This document shows, one piece after another, positions 41,901-56,136 of a DNA stretch of 64,000 bases (the first letter of the stretch is position 1; the number at the start of each line of letters is the position of its first letter). This stretch comes from Octopus vulgaris (taxonomy: Eukaryota). The translations under genes and the position numbers were made by a program. Where the stretch lies: NCBI GenBank assembly GCA_951406725.2, contig OX597830.1, positions 25,730,001 to 25,794,000 on the forward strand, read 5' to 3'. The notes beneath the pieces were generated by a model. That model was not told where the DNA came from. It did no database searches and saw only the letters and a program-made list of their open reading frames with translations.

Positions 41901-42250
41901 ACTGTTTCTGTCTACCTAGTTCCCTCAAAGAGTACTGGTCGGCCCGCGACTATAGTAGGAAGCCTGTACACAATGTGCCGCGAAGCGAGATTGAACCTAA
42001 AACGACATGGTTCCAAAGCAAACGTCGTAGCCAGAAAGTCACGAACTAAAAACTTCCTCAACATGAAACTGCACACTTCAAGTCACAAACACTTCTGACA
42101 AACAACGTAAATAAAATGCAAATTTAAATGTAAATATGGAAGTTGTGAAATTTCTTGGCTGAAACTGTTACAAAAGAACTCACGTCAGACATTTTTCTCG
42201 TCGATTGATCAAGCATTTAGAGCAGCGAACCATTACAGGACACTCAAACA

Positions 42251-42309
<59 letters not shown>

Positions 42310-42536
42310 TCGCACTCACATACACGCGCGCACGCACACACACACAGAAAGAAAATTAGATGGAAAAATAATAGAAGTGCAGTCGTGGCCGTATCGGTTA
42401 GAAGTTCGCTTCGCAATCACATGGCTTCAGGTTCAGTCGTATTTTGCGGTAGCTTTGGTAAATGTCTTCTATTGCAGTTTTAAGCCGAGCAATTATTCAT
42501 GATACAATTTGGTTGACAGAAATTTCGTGGAAGCCT

Positions 42537-42619
<83 letters not shown>

Positions 42620-42921
42620 TACGAGTGAGTACATGAATGAAGGAAGAGTACTCGACACATTTATTGGATGTTACATGTATGGATCAAAAATGTTTGATTC
42701 AATCTCCTTAGGTACTCTGAGTTTCAAGCGTGTCACTAGTCTTCGGCCATCGAGTCTCACTAAATAGCCGAAGACTAGCAACATTCATAGTACTGTTTTG
42801 ATCCCTCCATCTATTCATCCATCCATCCATCCATCCATCCATCCATCCATCCATCCATCCATCCATCCATACATACATACATACATACGTACATACGTGT
42901 GTGTGTGTACATACGTACATA

Positions 42922-42985
<64 letters not shown>

Positions 42986-43118
42986 TATGGCCGTCGACAG
43001 CTTTTTCTGCAAAATATAGATAGTTTATCCTGTTCATGCTATATTATTAGCATTATCCCGCGTCTGAGAATAAAATTATTTCCTTTGAATTTAATATATA
43101 TATATATATATATATGCA

Positions 43119-43988
43119 CGAGGTCTGATCAATAAGTATCCGGATTGTTGCCATACTAACGAAGATAAAGCATACAGAGAGAAGTTGATGGGCACAGATT
43201 GACCTGGAACTCTGCTGTGCATGCGCACAAAGTTTTAACGTTCTAGATCACTTCCGCTGTTTACAGCAGTGCTTGTAAGGAACGTGTGTAGCGCGCGATC
43301 GACGCATTGACTATGACAGGGAAAGTTTTCATGACGACACCTGCTCAGAGGCCTTCGCAAAGTTGCAGAAAGTGTATTGAGAGCAGTGTGTGAGCCACAC
43401 ACAGCTATACGACGTTTTCAAGATGGCCGAAAAAATGTCGATATTGACGAACGTTCTGGGAGACTCGCAACCAGCAGAACTGAGTTGTGTGTGCAGCTGT
43501 GAGAAGAAATCGTCGAATCACCATCCGTGAGTTATAAGAAGATGTGCAGATTAGTTACGGTTCAGTTCAGTCCATTATCACTGAAGATTTGGGCCAGAGA
43601 CGCGTGTCTGCCAAGTCTGTGCCAAAACTGCATTCAGCTGACCGAAAAGGCACCCGGGTTTCAGTTGCACAAGATCTCATTGACTGTTTCGAGAAGAATG
43701 AAAATTTTTTGAAAACTTTGCATAGGCTTCTGAGCAGGTATCGCCATACTTTTGGCAAAATTTGCTGCAGATTCTCTGCTCAACTTTCTCTGCAATGGGC
43801 AATGTGGCGATCACACGCTACACACCTTCCTTCTAAGCACTGCTGTAAACAGCGGTATTGAGCTAGAACTTTAAAACTTAGTGCGCATGCACAGCAAAGT
43901 TTATGTTCAATCTGTGTCAAGCAGCTCCACTATGCCTGCTTTAGTTTTGTTACTATAGAAAAAGTCCAGTTACCTATTGATCAGACCA

Positions 43989-43991
<3 letters not shown>
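43119..43991 (+). mobile_element. Mariner-like element with long (~190-bp) inverted termini and only the N-terminal transposase remnant
   Basis: CGAGGTCTGATCAATAAGTA / TACCTATTGATCAGACC ends in TA context. 43119-43310 is mirrored at 43800-43991. Remnant peptide DERSGR, ISYGSVQSIITEDLGQRRVSAKSVPK (degenerate WVPK motif). Confidence 0.8.
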
Positions 43992-44052
<61 letters not shown>

Positions 44053-44057
<5 letters not shown>

Positions 44058-44754
44058 TAAGTTATTTTATTCCACACTGGTAGAAAAATATAAGTTGAAA
44101 ATACACTGAGAATAGGTAAAATATTTGTTATTAATATAAAGCGTTAACCGGTTTCACAATTTACATTGATTTTCAAAAAATTGAAGTTGAAAGACGTGGC
44201 TTATGTCGCAGCTGTCTTGCTTCTGACCAGTTTTTAAGCTTGCCCTATTTTTATGGGGAGTTCATGGCTCAAATTAGTATATGTCTTGAATAGAATTTGA
44301 TTGGCTGCGGATAGTCACATGACTAGTCTTAGACGTTCTTGTAGATTACCCGCTACGTCCGTGTGTTAGAATCAAGTGACATTGTTTGGCGTCGTAAGTT
44401 AAGGTTGACACGGTTGACTGAACATGTCTAAACAGTCAATGCTATGAATGTTTTCTGAACACATGATTAAATTTATAATCTTTTGCACGTTTCCCGCTAC
44501 GTTCGTGCATTAGTGTCACGTGACAGTATATTTTGCGCCTAAAAAGAAGGCCGACACAGTTGAGTGAACATGTTTACTTACAATCAAGGCACTCCAAATT
44601 TAATCTGTCTGGTAGGAGAATGGACAGGAGTCGTTTGTATGTAGTCCGGACAGATACTAAATGATTTTGAAAATCAGTGTAAATTGTGAAACCGGCTAAA
44701 GCTTTAAAAATATTAATAAAAATATATTAACTAGTCTCAGTGCATTTTCAACTG

Positions 44755-44755
<1 letters not shown>
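44053..44755. mobile_element. Non-coding element with ~85-bp imperfect inverted ends carrying degenerate U3-A8 hammerhead-like cores, and an internal ~80-bp direct repeat
   Basis: 44094-44178 mirrors 44665-44752. Both read UUGAAAA-UCA(A/G)U(GUAA)AUUGU-GAAA-CCGG outward. CCCGCTACGT...TGAACATGT repeats at ~44349 and ~44493. Flanked by (TA)n/(CA)n. Confidence 0.6.
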
Positions 44756-44830
<75 letters not shown>

Positions 44831-46697
44831 GTGTGTGTGTGCGTGTAAAAGTAACAAACCAAGGAAAGGAATTCTTTCAAAGGGGTGTGCAAAATATCCA
44901 ATTCACTGGTGTGTCAATCGACAAACTAATAATTTATTTATATTACAATATAATATAATATACTATGAATATAATATTAGATAACATACAAAATTATTAA
45001 AAGCCCCAAAATGCCAACAATTTCTTTCGACGCACACATGCACACACACACACACACACACACATTATGTAAGCTTGTATATATATACATATGTATGTAC
45101 CATAGCTTCCACAAAATTTCTGTCGGCCAAATTTTCTCATAAATGATTGGACAGCCCAGGACTAACGATTTGATTTAGTAGTACAGCCTTCCTGATGATG
45201 AGGATAACTCATACGGCCCACTTTTCAAAAAAAGCCTAGTCCAACAGATCGCATGGAACATGGTGTTTGTTGGATGTTGCTTCATCTCGAACTTGCAGAG
45301 ACCAGGGCCTATTCTGTATGGTAGGCCCTCATAGTCTGGGTGGCTGGTATACACTCAGGACTGTAAGGATCCTAAAGTTACCCTAAAATGTTCTGTAAGA
45401 CGAAGGACTACCATGACATTTAAAATGTGAGATCGTATGTTTGAATGAGATATAAAAGAATGTTAGAAGGTATGATTGCTGGAGTGATATGTCATTGTGT
45501 CTGGCTACTGGGCCCCTGCAGATCTGTAGATGTCACTGTATTTCTCAGGGGAGTTTTTATAAGCTCAGTGTCAAGATCCTGCTGGTTTGCAGATGGGCGG
45601 GGAACCATTGCAGTATTTTCACTCATGCGTATAGCTATCCACTTGGCACATCAAAGCAATTTAGGACTTATGCATTAAGACAAAGAGAGGGAAAGAGTGG
45701 GGAAAGAGGTAGAGAGGGAGAGCTATTGAAAAAAGGAGGAGCAACTGAAAGGAAGAGAAAGAGCGCAACAGAGAGATTCAAAGAGGAGCAGAGAGAGAGA
45801 GAGAGAGAGGGTGAGAGAGCAACAGAGAGAGAGGGAGGGTGAGAGAGCAACAGAGAGAGAGAGAGAAGGAGGGGAGAGAGCAACAGAGAGCGAGAGAGAG
45901 AGGATGAGAGAGCAACAGAGAGAGAGAGAGAGAGTCAGTCTGGAGCAACAATAAAGACAGTGCAAGAGTCAATGTGAAAAAGAAATGTTTAGTAAACGAG
46001 AAAGAGGAGGAAGAAAGGAGAGAGGGGAAGAGGAAGAAAGTGAAACAGTCTCTTTCTCTCCCTCTCTCTACCTGTCTCTCTCTCTCTCTCTACCTGTCTC
46101 TCTCTCTCTCTCTACCTGTCTCTCTCTACCTCTCTCTCACACACACTCACACACACATACATTCGAAAATATTGACGTCATCACAGCAGAAACATAAAGA
46201 TTGAACACAGCATAAATGGCATCAAATGATATTGAAACGGTTGGTGTCGAGTGAGTGGCAGACGACAACGTTTAAGTAAGTGACAGTGGCGGGAAAAAAA
46301 ACTATTCGAGATTAAAATGGTTGGAAAGCGACAAGAACACAACCAGCACCACCAGCACCAGCAGCAGCAGCAGCAGCAGCATCGCCACTACCACCACCAC
46401 CACCACCAGCAGCATCAAAAACAACAAGAAGACACAACAGCATTAACACACAAAATAATAGCGGAAAGAGAAAACGAAATAAAAAAAAAAGAAAATGAGA
46501 ACAAGAAGAAAATCAAATAACAGCGAAAACACATAACTATAAAAAATACCGATTTGATTTCAAATGCCAGAAAAATTTGGTTAATATCAGTTATTGCGTC
46601 TGACGAAACAATTCGCTTATATTCAATGTCGTTCAAAGAGAAATTCTATCTAAGACTGGTGGAACCATTTGGAGATTCATTATTGTATTGATGTTGT

Positions 46698-47002
<305 letters not shown>

Positions 47003-47086
47003 AAGACTGATTGATAGACAGATATGCAGACAGACAGCGAAATAGAAAGGAAAGCAGGTAGGTAGGTAGACAGATACATAGAAAGA

Positions 47087-47146
<60 letters not shown>

Positions 47147-47772
47147 TATATGCACAGACATACACACATATATAAAGAACGAAAGAAGAGGAGAGGGAGG
47201 GAAAGGTTGGAGGGGTAAAAAAAGTCGTCTGACTGAGACATTTTTTTTTGTGGTAGGCAATTGATTGAAAAGTGCAATCCCGCACTAAATGATGTTCGTT
47301 ATTTGATTTATTATAGTTGTTGTTGTTCTTGTTGTTGTATGCATATTTACTTTAGATGGTGCAGTAGGGATTCGAAGCAATCTCGTGATAGCTTTTATTA
47401 ATATTTCAGTTTCATCATTTTGCCGTATTTGTTGTTGTTGTTGTTGCCTGTGTTGTTGTTTTTGTTATTGTTGTTGTTATTCGTGGTGGTGGTGGTGATA
47501 GAGAGATGTTAGAGGGTGTTAAATTAGAACGAAAGACATATTTATGAAATTCTCCAAGGAAAGAAGAAAATGTTATCTGTTATATATCGTTGCTGTTAGG
47601 TTTAACTGTCGTATGTTCAAATATGGCCAAATGCGTTGTTTTTTAATATTCATTTTTGCTTGCAATAGCCGGTTTTGCATAATAGCAACTATATATATAT
47701 ATATATATATATATACCCATATACATAATACATACATATACGTGCAGATATGTGTATGTATGTATATATATA

Positions 47773-48675
47773 TTGGGTCATCCCATAAATAATACATTTT
47801 TTTTTTAATTACATGAACGAAAAGTCGGAAGGGGAGCAAATAAACTACCTGCATCCACTTGCTATAAAAGCAGGTAGTAATTTTACCTTGTGCTTATTCT
47901 TAGTGCAAGTTTTGAAGAGTGCAGTTCGATTTTAACATATTTTTTCAAAGTTATAATTGAAGTGACAAAGGAGCATATTCGGCATATTTTGCTTTATGAG
48001 TTCAATAAAGGTAACGATGCAACGGAAAGTACGATGAATAGTAATGCAGTATATGGAGATCGGACAATAAGCGTAATCCAGTGTCAACGGTAGTTTCAGA
48101 AATTCCGAGCGGGAAACTACAATCAAGAAGACGAGCCTCGTCCTGGAAGATCAGAGTTTGCAGGACAAAGACAACCTGCAAACCCTGGTGGAACAAAATT
48201 CCATCGTAACTGTTGAGAAACTAACAGAAAAGCTTGGATTTGGTCATTCAACCATTCATCGACACTTGCGAACAATCGGAGAACGGTCATCTTTGGTTTC
48301 AAGACGAAAGGTGTTCTTCCATCAGGATAATGCTCTGACACATACATCAAGGATATCATTCCAAAGGCTGGAGCAGTTTGAATGGGGAACGATGCTCTAC
48401 CCACCATATTTGCCAGACATTGCCACATCTGATTGCCATTTATTCCTAAGTCTTCAAAATCATTTGAACGGAAAAATATGAATCATGTAGTACCGGAGGA
48501 GGATTTTTCGCGACGGACAAGTGAATTTTGGAAGAGAGGCCTTGCAAGTTTACCAGGTAGATGGAAGAGCATTGTAGAAAATGAAGGAGAGTATATTTTA
48601 GATTAGAAAAGAACTTTATCTTAATTTAAAAAAATAAAAGATGTATAAGAACCGCATTATTATGGGATGACCTAA
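47773..48675 (+). mobile_element. Mariner (DD34D-type) transposon, internally deleted
   Basis: TA|TTGGGTCATCCCATAA ... TTATGGGATGACCTAA|TA. Remnants EHIRHILLYEF, EDEPRPGR, STIHRHL, FHQDNA..H and YPPYLPDIATSDCHLF (HPPYSPDLAPSD-like). The WVPH region and first Asp are missing. Confidence 0.9.
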
Positions 48676-49133
48676 TAAAAATACACAGGCAAATACAAAC
48701 ATACATTTAATACACATATACATACATACTCAAACTAATGAAAGTGAGCAAGACGAAACTTCGAAGTTACTATCATACTTACCCTTATAAAAGTTTTATA
48801 AACATAAATTCTACTCAGGAGAATTCCACCAGTTTAATGTTAAATTTAATTATTTAAATTATATAATTTTCGATAAACATACACACATATACACATAATA
48901 CACAAATACAAACACATATAAATGCATGGATATGTTTGTAGAAAGCTCTGAGATGATCATCAAAACAATCTCATATAGACCAACAAGCGGATTACTAACT
49001 TCCACTTTGAAGGGTATGCGTTTGCAATCCAGGAAGAAGAAATGTCAACCAAACACCTGATGTAAAAGAGAATAAAAAGGGACAGAGACGCAGGAAAAGC
49101 AGCAAAATGTGATAAGCGATGCAGACTTTGAGG

Positions 49134-49188
<55 letters not shown>

Positions 49189-50001
49189 AGTAAATATGTA
49201 TATGTATATGTATACATATAACATTTAAATTGAGGGACAATGTATGAGAGAGTCGGTAAATTTTCGAACAGATGATCTCGTAGTTGTGAGTTTTATATGC
49301 GTTTTACATCCTGAGTTCGAATCACCCTATCGAGGACGACTTGGCTAGCCAACATTCCAGAGTCGATAGAATAAGTACCAATCAAATACTGTGCATAGAT
49401 TAATAGAACTGACTCACCCCTCCTCTTGTTACTGGCCTTGTTCCTGAAATAGGAATCAATATTACATTTAATGTAAGGACACTAATAGCAGAATTGGAGG
49501 GCGGAGCACAGGACAAAATTCATCGTGGTGTTGAGTTACAATCACTGAATGTGCTGAACTTCAAATCCAGCCGCGAGCCGTCTTTGACATTTCCGTTTCG
49601 TAATCGATAACGTATATCATTTACTGAGCTTTTTTTTTATCAATATATCATTTTATTCCTTCAAGGTTGCTTTTGAAGTTTGAAGGTACATGTGTTTTTC
49701 ACTCTTGTTAGAATTTTGCACTATTTAATTTATATTTTCATCATATTCTTTATTTCTATTCTGTACTGAATATTGTTCTATCTTTGGATGGTTTTAATTT
49801 TTCAACGAGAGGATGTTGTTAAACGCTCGTTCATTGGTTTCTATTTCTGGATGGAGAGACGCTGTAGGGCGTTCCCACCGATGACATCTTCATGTAATCA
49901 ATTCCAACCTCTTTTTTTGACACGTTCTTTCATTTCTTACTGCTCCTAAAAACATTTCACTACATGTCTATAGTCGACACATCTCCCTACCTCCACAAGA
50001 T

Positions 50002-50418
50002 GGCAGCGAGCTGGCAGAAACGTTAGCACGCCGGGCGAAATGCGTAGCCGTATTTCGTCTGCCGTTACGTTCTGAGTTCAAATTCCGTCGAGGTCGACTT
50101 TGCCTTTCATCCTTTCGTGGTCGATAAATTAAGTACCAGTTACGCACTGTGATCGATATAATCGACTTAATCCGTTTGTCTGTCCTTGTTTGTCCCCTCT
50201 GTGTTTAGCCCCTTGTGGATAGTAAAGAAATAGGTATTTCGCCTGCCGCTACGTTCTAAGTTCAAATTCTGCCGACGTCGACTTTGTCTTTCATCCTTTC
50301 GGGGTCGATTAAATAAGTACCAGTTATGCACTGGAGTCGATATAATCGACTTAATCCGTTTGTCTGTCTTTGTTTGTCCCGTCTGTGTGTAGCCCCTTGT
50401 GGGCAATAAAGAAATAAG
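50002..50418 (+). mobile_element. SINE family A dimer (both units with tail 1)
   Basis: Head GGCAGCGAGCTGGCAGAAACGTTAG, junction AAGAAATAGGTATTTCG at ~50225-50241, end GGGCAATAAAGAAATAAG. Confidence 0.85.
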
Positions 50419-50619
50419 ATGATGGTGTGGTATTGATGCTTATAGACTCTGGCCGGTCGTACATTAAGTGACGGGCGCCTTCTCGTTACCTTACCGTATT
50501 GTATGCCCTTAGTGTTTGTAGTACAAAAGATGAGTCAATTTCGTTTGCCATCGTTCTGTCTTTACTTGGAGCAGCAACTGGTGCTGCTGCGAAAACAGCA
50601 ATACTAGCAACAATGACCT

Positions 50620-50822
50620 TCACGTCACTTCATGAACCCATTGCAATCGTTGTTGCTTCCCCTGCTGCTTCTTGCCACATTTACTTCTCTTTTCGTCTTC
50701 ATCTTCGTCCAAGGAGAAAGTTCTCAAATGGCCTTCACTAACACACATATAACAACGGGGTCTTTTACATTGCACAGTCTGTGCTTTCTCAATGGAAGAC
50801 AACCTGGTTATCAGAAGACCCT
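50620..50822 (-). pseudogene. Possible decayed gag-like (zinc-knuckle) ORF1 fragment of a LINE
   Basis: KRPRCYMCVSEGHLRTF resembles CX2CX4HX4C with the last Cys lost. No other support. Confidence 0.3.
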
Positions 50823-50964
50823 GTAGACTCCAATTTATTGCAGGTTATCTCTTCACTCGCTACAGTATGCCTTTGTTTTCTTTCCTATGGAAAGATTTCC
50901 TCGTAAGGAGACTGGCAAGTCCAAATAATAATGATAAAAATAATGAACTGAATAGTTATCATTT

Positions 50965-51156
50965 CTACTATTGGCAGAAGGCTTGAAATTTGGTGGGAGT
51001 GGGATAAGCGGTTATATTGACCCCAGTGCTCAACTGGTACTTATTTTATCGAAATGGTGAAAGGTAAAGTTGACCTTGGCGGAATTTGAACTCAGAACGT
51101 AAAGAGCCGGAAAAAATGTCGTTAAGCATTTTGTCCGGTGCACTAACGTCGCCTTA
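50965..51156 (-). mobile_element. SINE family A monomer, decayed
   Basis: Body AAAGG.AAAGT.GACCT.GGCGGAATTTGAACTCAGAACG. Confidence 0.7.
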
Positions 51157-51522
51157 ACAACAACAACAACAACAACAACGACAACAACGACAACAACAAC
51201 AACAACAACACCACCACCACCAACAACAACAACATATTCTGGGTTGAAGTATCCATGATATCTGTTGTCCTTTCCATAAATCTAGTTTCATGTGTCTGGT
51301 AATAAAGTTGGTTTCACAATCCCATTGTTTCAAGGTCGCTCCTGTTACATGGAATCATGGTTAAGTGTTTTCTGTGAATTCTCCCATCTATGCAATGATG
51401 TCTGTTGTCCTGCAGGGAACTATTCTTAATAAATTATTGTTTTCTACTTGTATTAATGTAATAGATGCCAGCATGAAACGTGTTTGAGTCTTAAATTATG
51501 CAGATGATATTAAGCTGTAACA

Positions 51523-51576
<54 letters not shown>

Positions 51577-51879
51577 TTATAAACAACAACAGATAGTATA
51601 TGCTATAGATTTTTCTTGAAATCTGACTTGGTAAAAATACAGCAATGGATTGCTGACTGGCAACTCAAGCTGTCTTTAAACAAATGCATTATTATATGCT
51701 TGTGAAAGAAAACCGCGGAATTTATCGATTCTCTACGCAACACCAGCTTTAAGAAATCTGCTGGTAATTGTGAACGAGGCATTATTGTTACCAATGATCT
51801 GCGTTGGATGAACAATATTTCCAAAATCGTCAAAAAATCGAATGTGTCAGCATAATTCAATAAGGGCTATGTCAGCCGC

Positions 51880-52335
51880 TCACCAGCTAATCTATTTAAA
51901 GCTAGGCATGATTATGGTTTGTGCAGGCTTATAGTTAGAATCTCCAGTTTGGAATCTCCACCCTGTTTAGTATATCGATCTGTTGAAAGCTGTTCCGAAA
52001 TGTGCAATCAGATGAACATTCCCCACCGGTTACTTACAAAATCTTAAACCTTTTGCTTCTCAGGACAAAAGCTTCAACGTCTAGCAGATTACTTGGTGGA
52101 AGCCTACAAGATTATCCACCATCTTTCCAACAACAATTTTCCGCCACAAATTTGAAGTCAGCTCGTCTAACACTCGTGCTTATAAAAATCATCAAGCAGC
52201 ACAACACCCATGACAGCCCAGAATATTCGTGCTCAGAATTCTCGAAGCATGAAATAAAACAGCCTGAATCCCTTTTTAGCTGCCTGAATACTGCATCCAT
52301 CAAAAATTCCATACTTCCCGAAATTCGTCAACACA
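51880..52335 (+). pseudogene. Heavily decayed CR1-like LINE 3' fragment
   Basis: Cross-frame remnants such as RLADYLVEAYKIIH, TRAYK, KQPES and TASIKNSI fit a CR1 ORF2 C-terminus. Confidence 0.4.
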
Positions 52336-52744
52336 ACTCCTCTTATATTCATGCGCCAATTCCTTTCTGCGGCTCTTTTACGGTTCAATTTACTGTCTTT
52401 TCGCGTTTTAATCTGTGTACTGTGTATGTACTTTCATTTTCATTGCTCTCTTTCTTTATTCGATTTATTGCCACCTCCCGTCCTCTCTTTTATCCCTTTC
52501 CGATGGGTCGTTGTACACCTGAACATCATATGCAATAAGCAGCTCGTAAATATTATTACACAAAAAAAATCGATGTGAAGCTTAATTAAAATATATTGAC
52601 TCTTCTTTCAACTAATGTTTGTATATATAACTCTGTATGAAAACAAACATGACTGTCTCTACCTCCCTCCCTTCCATTCCCTCTGTCTCTCCCTCCATCC
52701 TTCTGTCTGTCTGTCTGGCAGTCTTTCTAGCTATCTATCTATGC

Positions 52745-52776
<32 letters not shown>

Positions 52777-52823
52777 ATATATATGTATATGCATATCTAT
52801 CTATCTGTCTGTCTGTCCGGCAG

Positions 52824-52900
<77 letters not shown>

Positions 52901-52946
52901 ATCTCCATCTATCTATTATCTATCTGTCTGTCTGTCTGTCTGTCTA

Positions 52947-53015
<69 letters not shown>

Positions 53016-53704
53016 TTGTGTGTCTGTCTGCCTGTCTGTCTATCTATATACATACGTACGCTCGCGCACACACACACAAACGCATACATACACACACACT
53101 TGTTTTGGGGATTTACGCAAGAAAGTGTGTGTGTGTGTGTGTGTGTGTGTTGCTCATTCGTCGATGTATATCATCGAAACAGTTAAAAACAAATAAACAG
53201 ACAATCCAACAAATAAAAAAAAAAAAACCTCCGCAAAAAAAAAAACCGATCAAAATAACACAGGCTTTTAACTTCGAATAAAATTATCCAGTATTATTCC
53301 GCCCGAATTGCACAGATACTCCCTTGTTACTCTGGCCACAGGAAATACGCTGAACCAATGACCCAATGATTGGCTGTTTGCTGAAAACCAAGAACCAGCG
53401 ACGCAGATATTTTTTTTCTTGTTAATAAAATGTACGCTATACAACAAATAAACAACAAAATGTGTTCCAGGCAAGTAGCTGCATCAATTTAATTAATTAT
53501 ATCTTTTCTGCTAAATCTTATGGTCACGTGTTAACGAAAGAAATCCAGTCAATGACCCAGAATTGATAAAAGCTAAGTGCCTGGAAACAAGCAAAGATAT
53601 TCCCCCGTGTAGCATACAAGTTTAATCAACAATTCTATATTTACATAATCTACATATGTCATACACTCTTCACTTACTAATGAATAATATAAAGTGCCGG
53701 AAGA

Positions 53705-53922
53705 CGGCGGCAGGCTAGCAGAATCGTCAGCATACCGAGCGAAATGCTCTCAGCAGTATTTCGTCTGTCATTAGCTTCTAAGTTCAAATACCGACGGAGT
53801 CGACTTTGCCTTTCATCCTTGAGGGTTCGATAATCTAAGTACCAGTCGAGCATTCGGGTCGACGTAATCGACTTGCCTCCTCCGTCCAAGGTTTGTTAGC
53901 CTTATGCCAAAATTTGAGACCA
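53705..53922 (+). mobile_element. SINE family A monomer ending in (TTC)n
   Basis: GGCGGCAGGCTAGCAGAATCG head, GTTCAAATACC B box, body, and tail GCCTTATGCCAAAATTTGAGACCA. Confidence 0.75.
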
Positions 53923-54033
53923 TTCTTCTTCTTCTTCTTCTTCTTCTTCTTCTTCTTCTTCTTCTTCTTCTTCTTCTTCTTCTTCTTCTTCTTCTTCTTC
54001 TTCTTCTTCTTCTTCTTCTTCTTCTAAATTATT

Positions 54034-54430
54034 GTATGAGAGAGCAGCGCATATAATCAAAGTAACACTGGCGTACAAATATACGAAACCCAATATACCC
54101 ATCATGACTGCCCGTCTGACAAGGGTACACCAGGCACATGCATCACAACGATACCTGCATGACAAGGTGATCTTATATCATGATAAACAACGCATGACAT
54201 TGTAGGTGGGGCTCGATTAGAATTTTCTTCATGTCGAGTAACCCAACCCGCTCAAAAGGTTCATGAATAAGGTTTGTTTAAGGATGAAGAACAGAATCCC
54301 CATGTTTCCAGAAGGGGCTTATTCAAACCCCAAAGAATTCCTCTCAACAGATAGCTATGATGTTTACTCACTACTTCTGCTCATGATCAGAGATTCGCAT
54401 ATCGTGAGCCACTAAGGGTCACAACTGGTT
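54034..54430 (-). mobile_element. Family C element, diverged and truncated at one end
   Basis: Colinear with 2903-3303 and lacks the last ~155 bp. Confidence 0.75.
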
Positions 54431-54546
54431 CAAAAATTCCAAATTATAGAAATTCAAATCTAAAATATGAACGAGAGCAACCAGCGTCCACACGTTGATG
54501 GAATGACATCATTGATTTTCAAGTTACAATTTTACAGCTGGCGAAA

Positions 54547-54584
54547 TGAACTCGACAAAGACAGGCTTGTCGAAATATCGTTCA
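54547..54584 (+). ncRNA. Minimal hammerhead-like motif, U3-A8 core (with U4C)
   Basis: UGAAC-UCGACAA-A-GACA(GGCU)UGUC-GAAA-UA-UC-GUUCA. Perfect 5-bp stem I and 4-bp stem II, palindromic stem III (AUAU). AATAAA at 54588 and (TTA)n ~45 bp downstream. Confidence 0.65.
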
Positions 54585-54652
54585 ACCAATAAAATATTTA
54601 TTGCAATCGCATCGCGTTCTTGGTCTTGTCTATTATTATTATTATTATTATT

Positions 54653-55181
54653 GAGTGAGAGAGCAGTTCATGCCATCAAAGTGACACTGGGGTAAAATAT
54701 ACGAAGCCTAATATACCCATCATGACTACCCGTCTGATAAGGGTACACCAGGCACATGCATCACAACCATATGTGCGCGACATGGTGATCTCATATCAAG
54801 ATAAACTGCACGTGACCTTGCAGGTGGGGCCCAGTTAGAATTTTCTTCAGATTGAGTAGCCCATCCCGCTCAAAAGGTCCCTGAATAAGGTTTGTTTAAG
54901 GATGTTGAAAGAACCACCCATGTTTCCAGAGGTGAATTATTTAAACCCCAAAGAATCCCTCTCAACACATGGCTCGTGATCAGAGATGCACATATCGTCA
55001 GCCACTAAGGGACATGCTCAACTGGTTAAAGTCAAACAACCGACAAGCAAATCTGTGGTATTGAGCAGAATATTTGCTGTAGCCCATCTTTTATACCAAG
55101 ACAAAACAATGTACATGATAACACTTCCAATCAGTTAAGATAAGAAGCCATGAGAGCCACTGCCTAGTACTGCATCAGAGC

Positions 55182-55182
<1 letters not shown>
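54653..55182 (-). mobile_element. Family C element in (TAA)n
   Basis: Near-identical to 2903-3459 apart from a short deletion at ~54973. (TTA)n on both sides. Confidence 0.85.
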
Positions 55183-55232
<50 letters not shown>

Positions 55233-55233
<1 letters not shown>

Positions 55234-55547
55234 TACTTTTAATCTGCATGTTTATTACACACCCAGCGAGTCCTAGGGCGAGTGAAGGATAAGAGATGTT
55301 ACAGTATGACTGAAAGCTTGGGGAGTGGGAATAGTGGGGGCAGTAGTGAAATATCTTCATGCATTACAACGCAGACATTCAAATGGATAGGGTTTTTCTA
55401 AGAATGTGGGCAGTAGTTGTCAGCACAATCGTTTGGATTTCTCTGAGACGTGGTTCTCCTGGGATATTATCTAGATGCTTCCGACCTCCCTTTCTTATCA
55501 TACCTAGGGCACTCACAATAACAGGAACAGTTCCCGCCTTAAGATGC
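55233..55547 (-). mobile_element. Dong/R4-like RLE-type non-LTR retrotransposon, 5'-truncated 3' end, inserted in (TAA)n
   Basis: Minus frame 55546-55379 reads HLKAGTVPVIVSALGMIRKG..HLDNIPG..LREIQTIVLTTTAHILRKTLSI*, matching the VPVVIGALG...IQK..LL.TA.ILR end of R4-clade proteins. (TAA)n on both sides. Confidence 0.75.
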
Positions 55548-55554
55548 TATTATT

Positions 55555-55637
<83 letters not shown>

Positions 55638-55639
55638 CA

Positions 55640-55740
<101 letters not shown>

Positions 55741-55957
55741 TCTGGAGTCGAAGTAATCGACTTAACCCCTTCCCCGAAATTGTGCCGAAATAGCTGGCCT
55801 TGTGCCAAAATTTGAAACCATTTTTATTTTGAAGTCAGTTATTCTTTTTAGTCTGTTTGTCTCTAAAAATTAACGTAACTCTAACTTTAATGAATATATT
55901 TATAGTTCTAACTTTATTTATGTCCACTATGTATTGATGCAGACTCTATCTCTCAGC

Positions 55958-55991
<34 letters not shown>

Positions 55992-56000
55992 ATCTCTCAG

Positions 56001-56072
<72 letters not shown>

Positions 56073-56077
56073 CCTAC

Positions 56078-56132
<55 letters not shown>

Positions 56133-56136
56133 GATA

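Noticed and set aside
45190-45220. CTGATGA followed by the hairpin TGAG-GATAA-CTCA
   Set aside because: There is no GAAA, stem III or stem I, so it is not a hammerhead.
48730-48778. CTAATGA..GT..AC-GAAA-CTTCGAAG-TT, hammerhead-like
   Set aside because: G5 is substituted and stem I does not pair. It may be a dead copy but cannot be supported.
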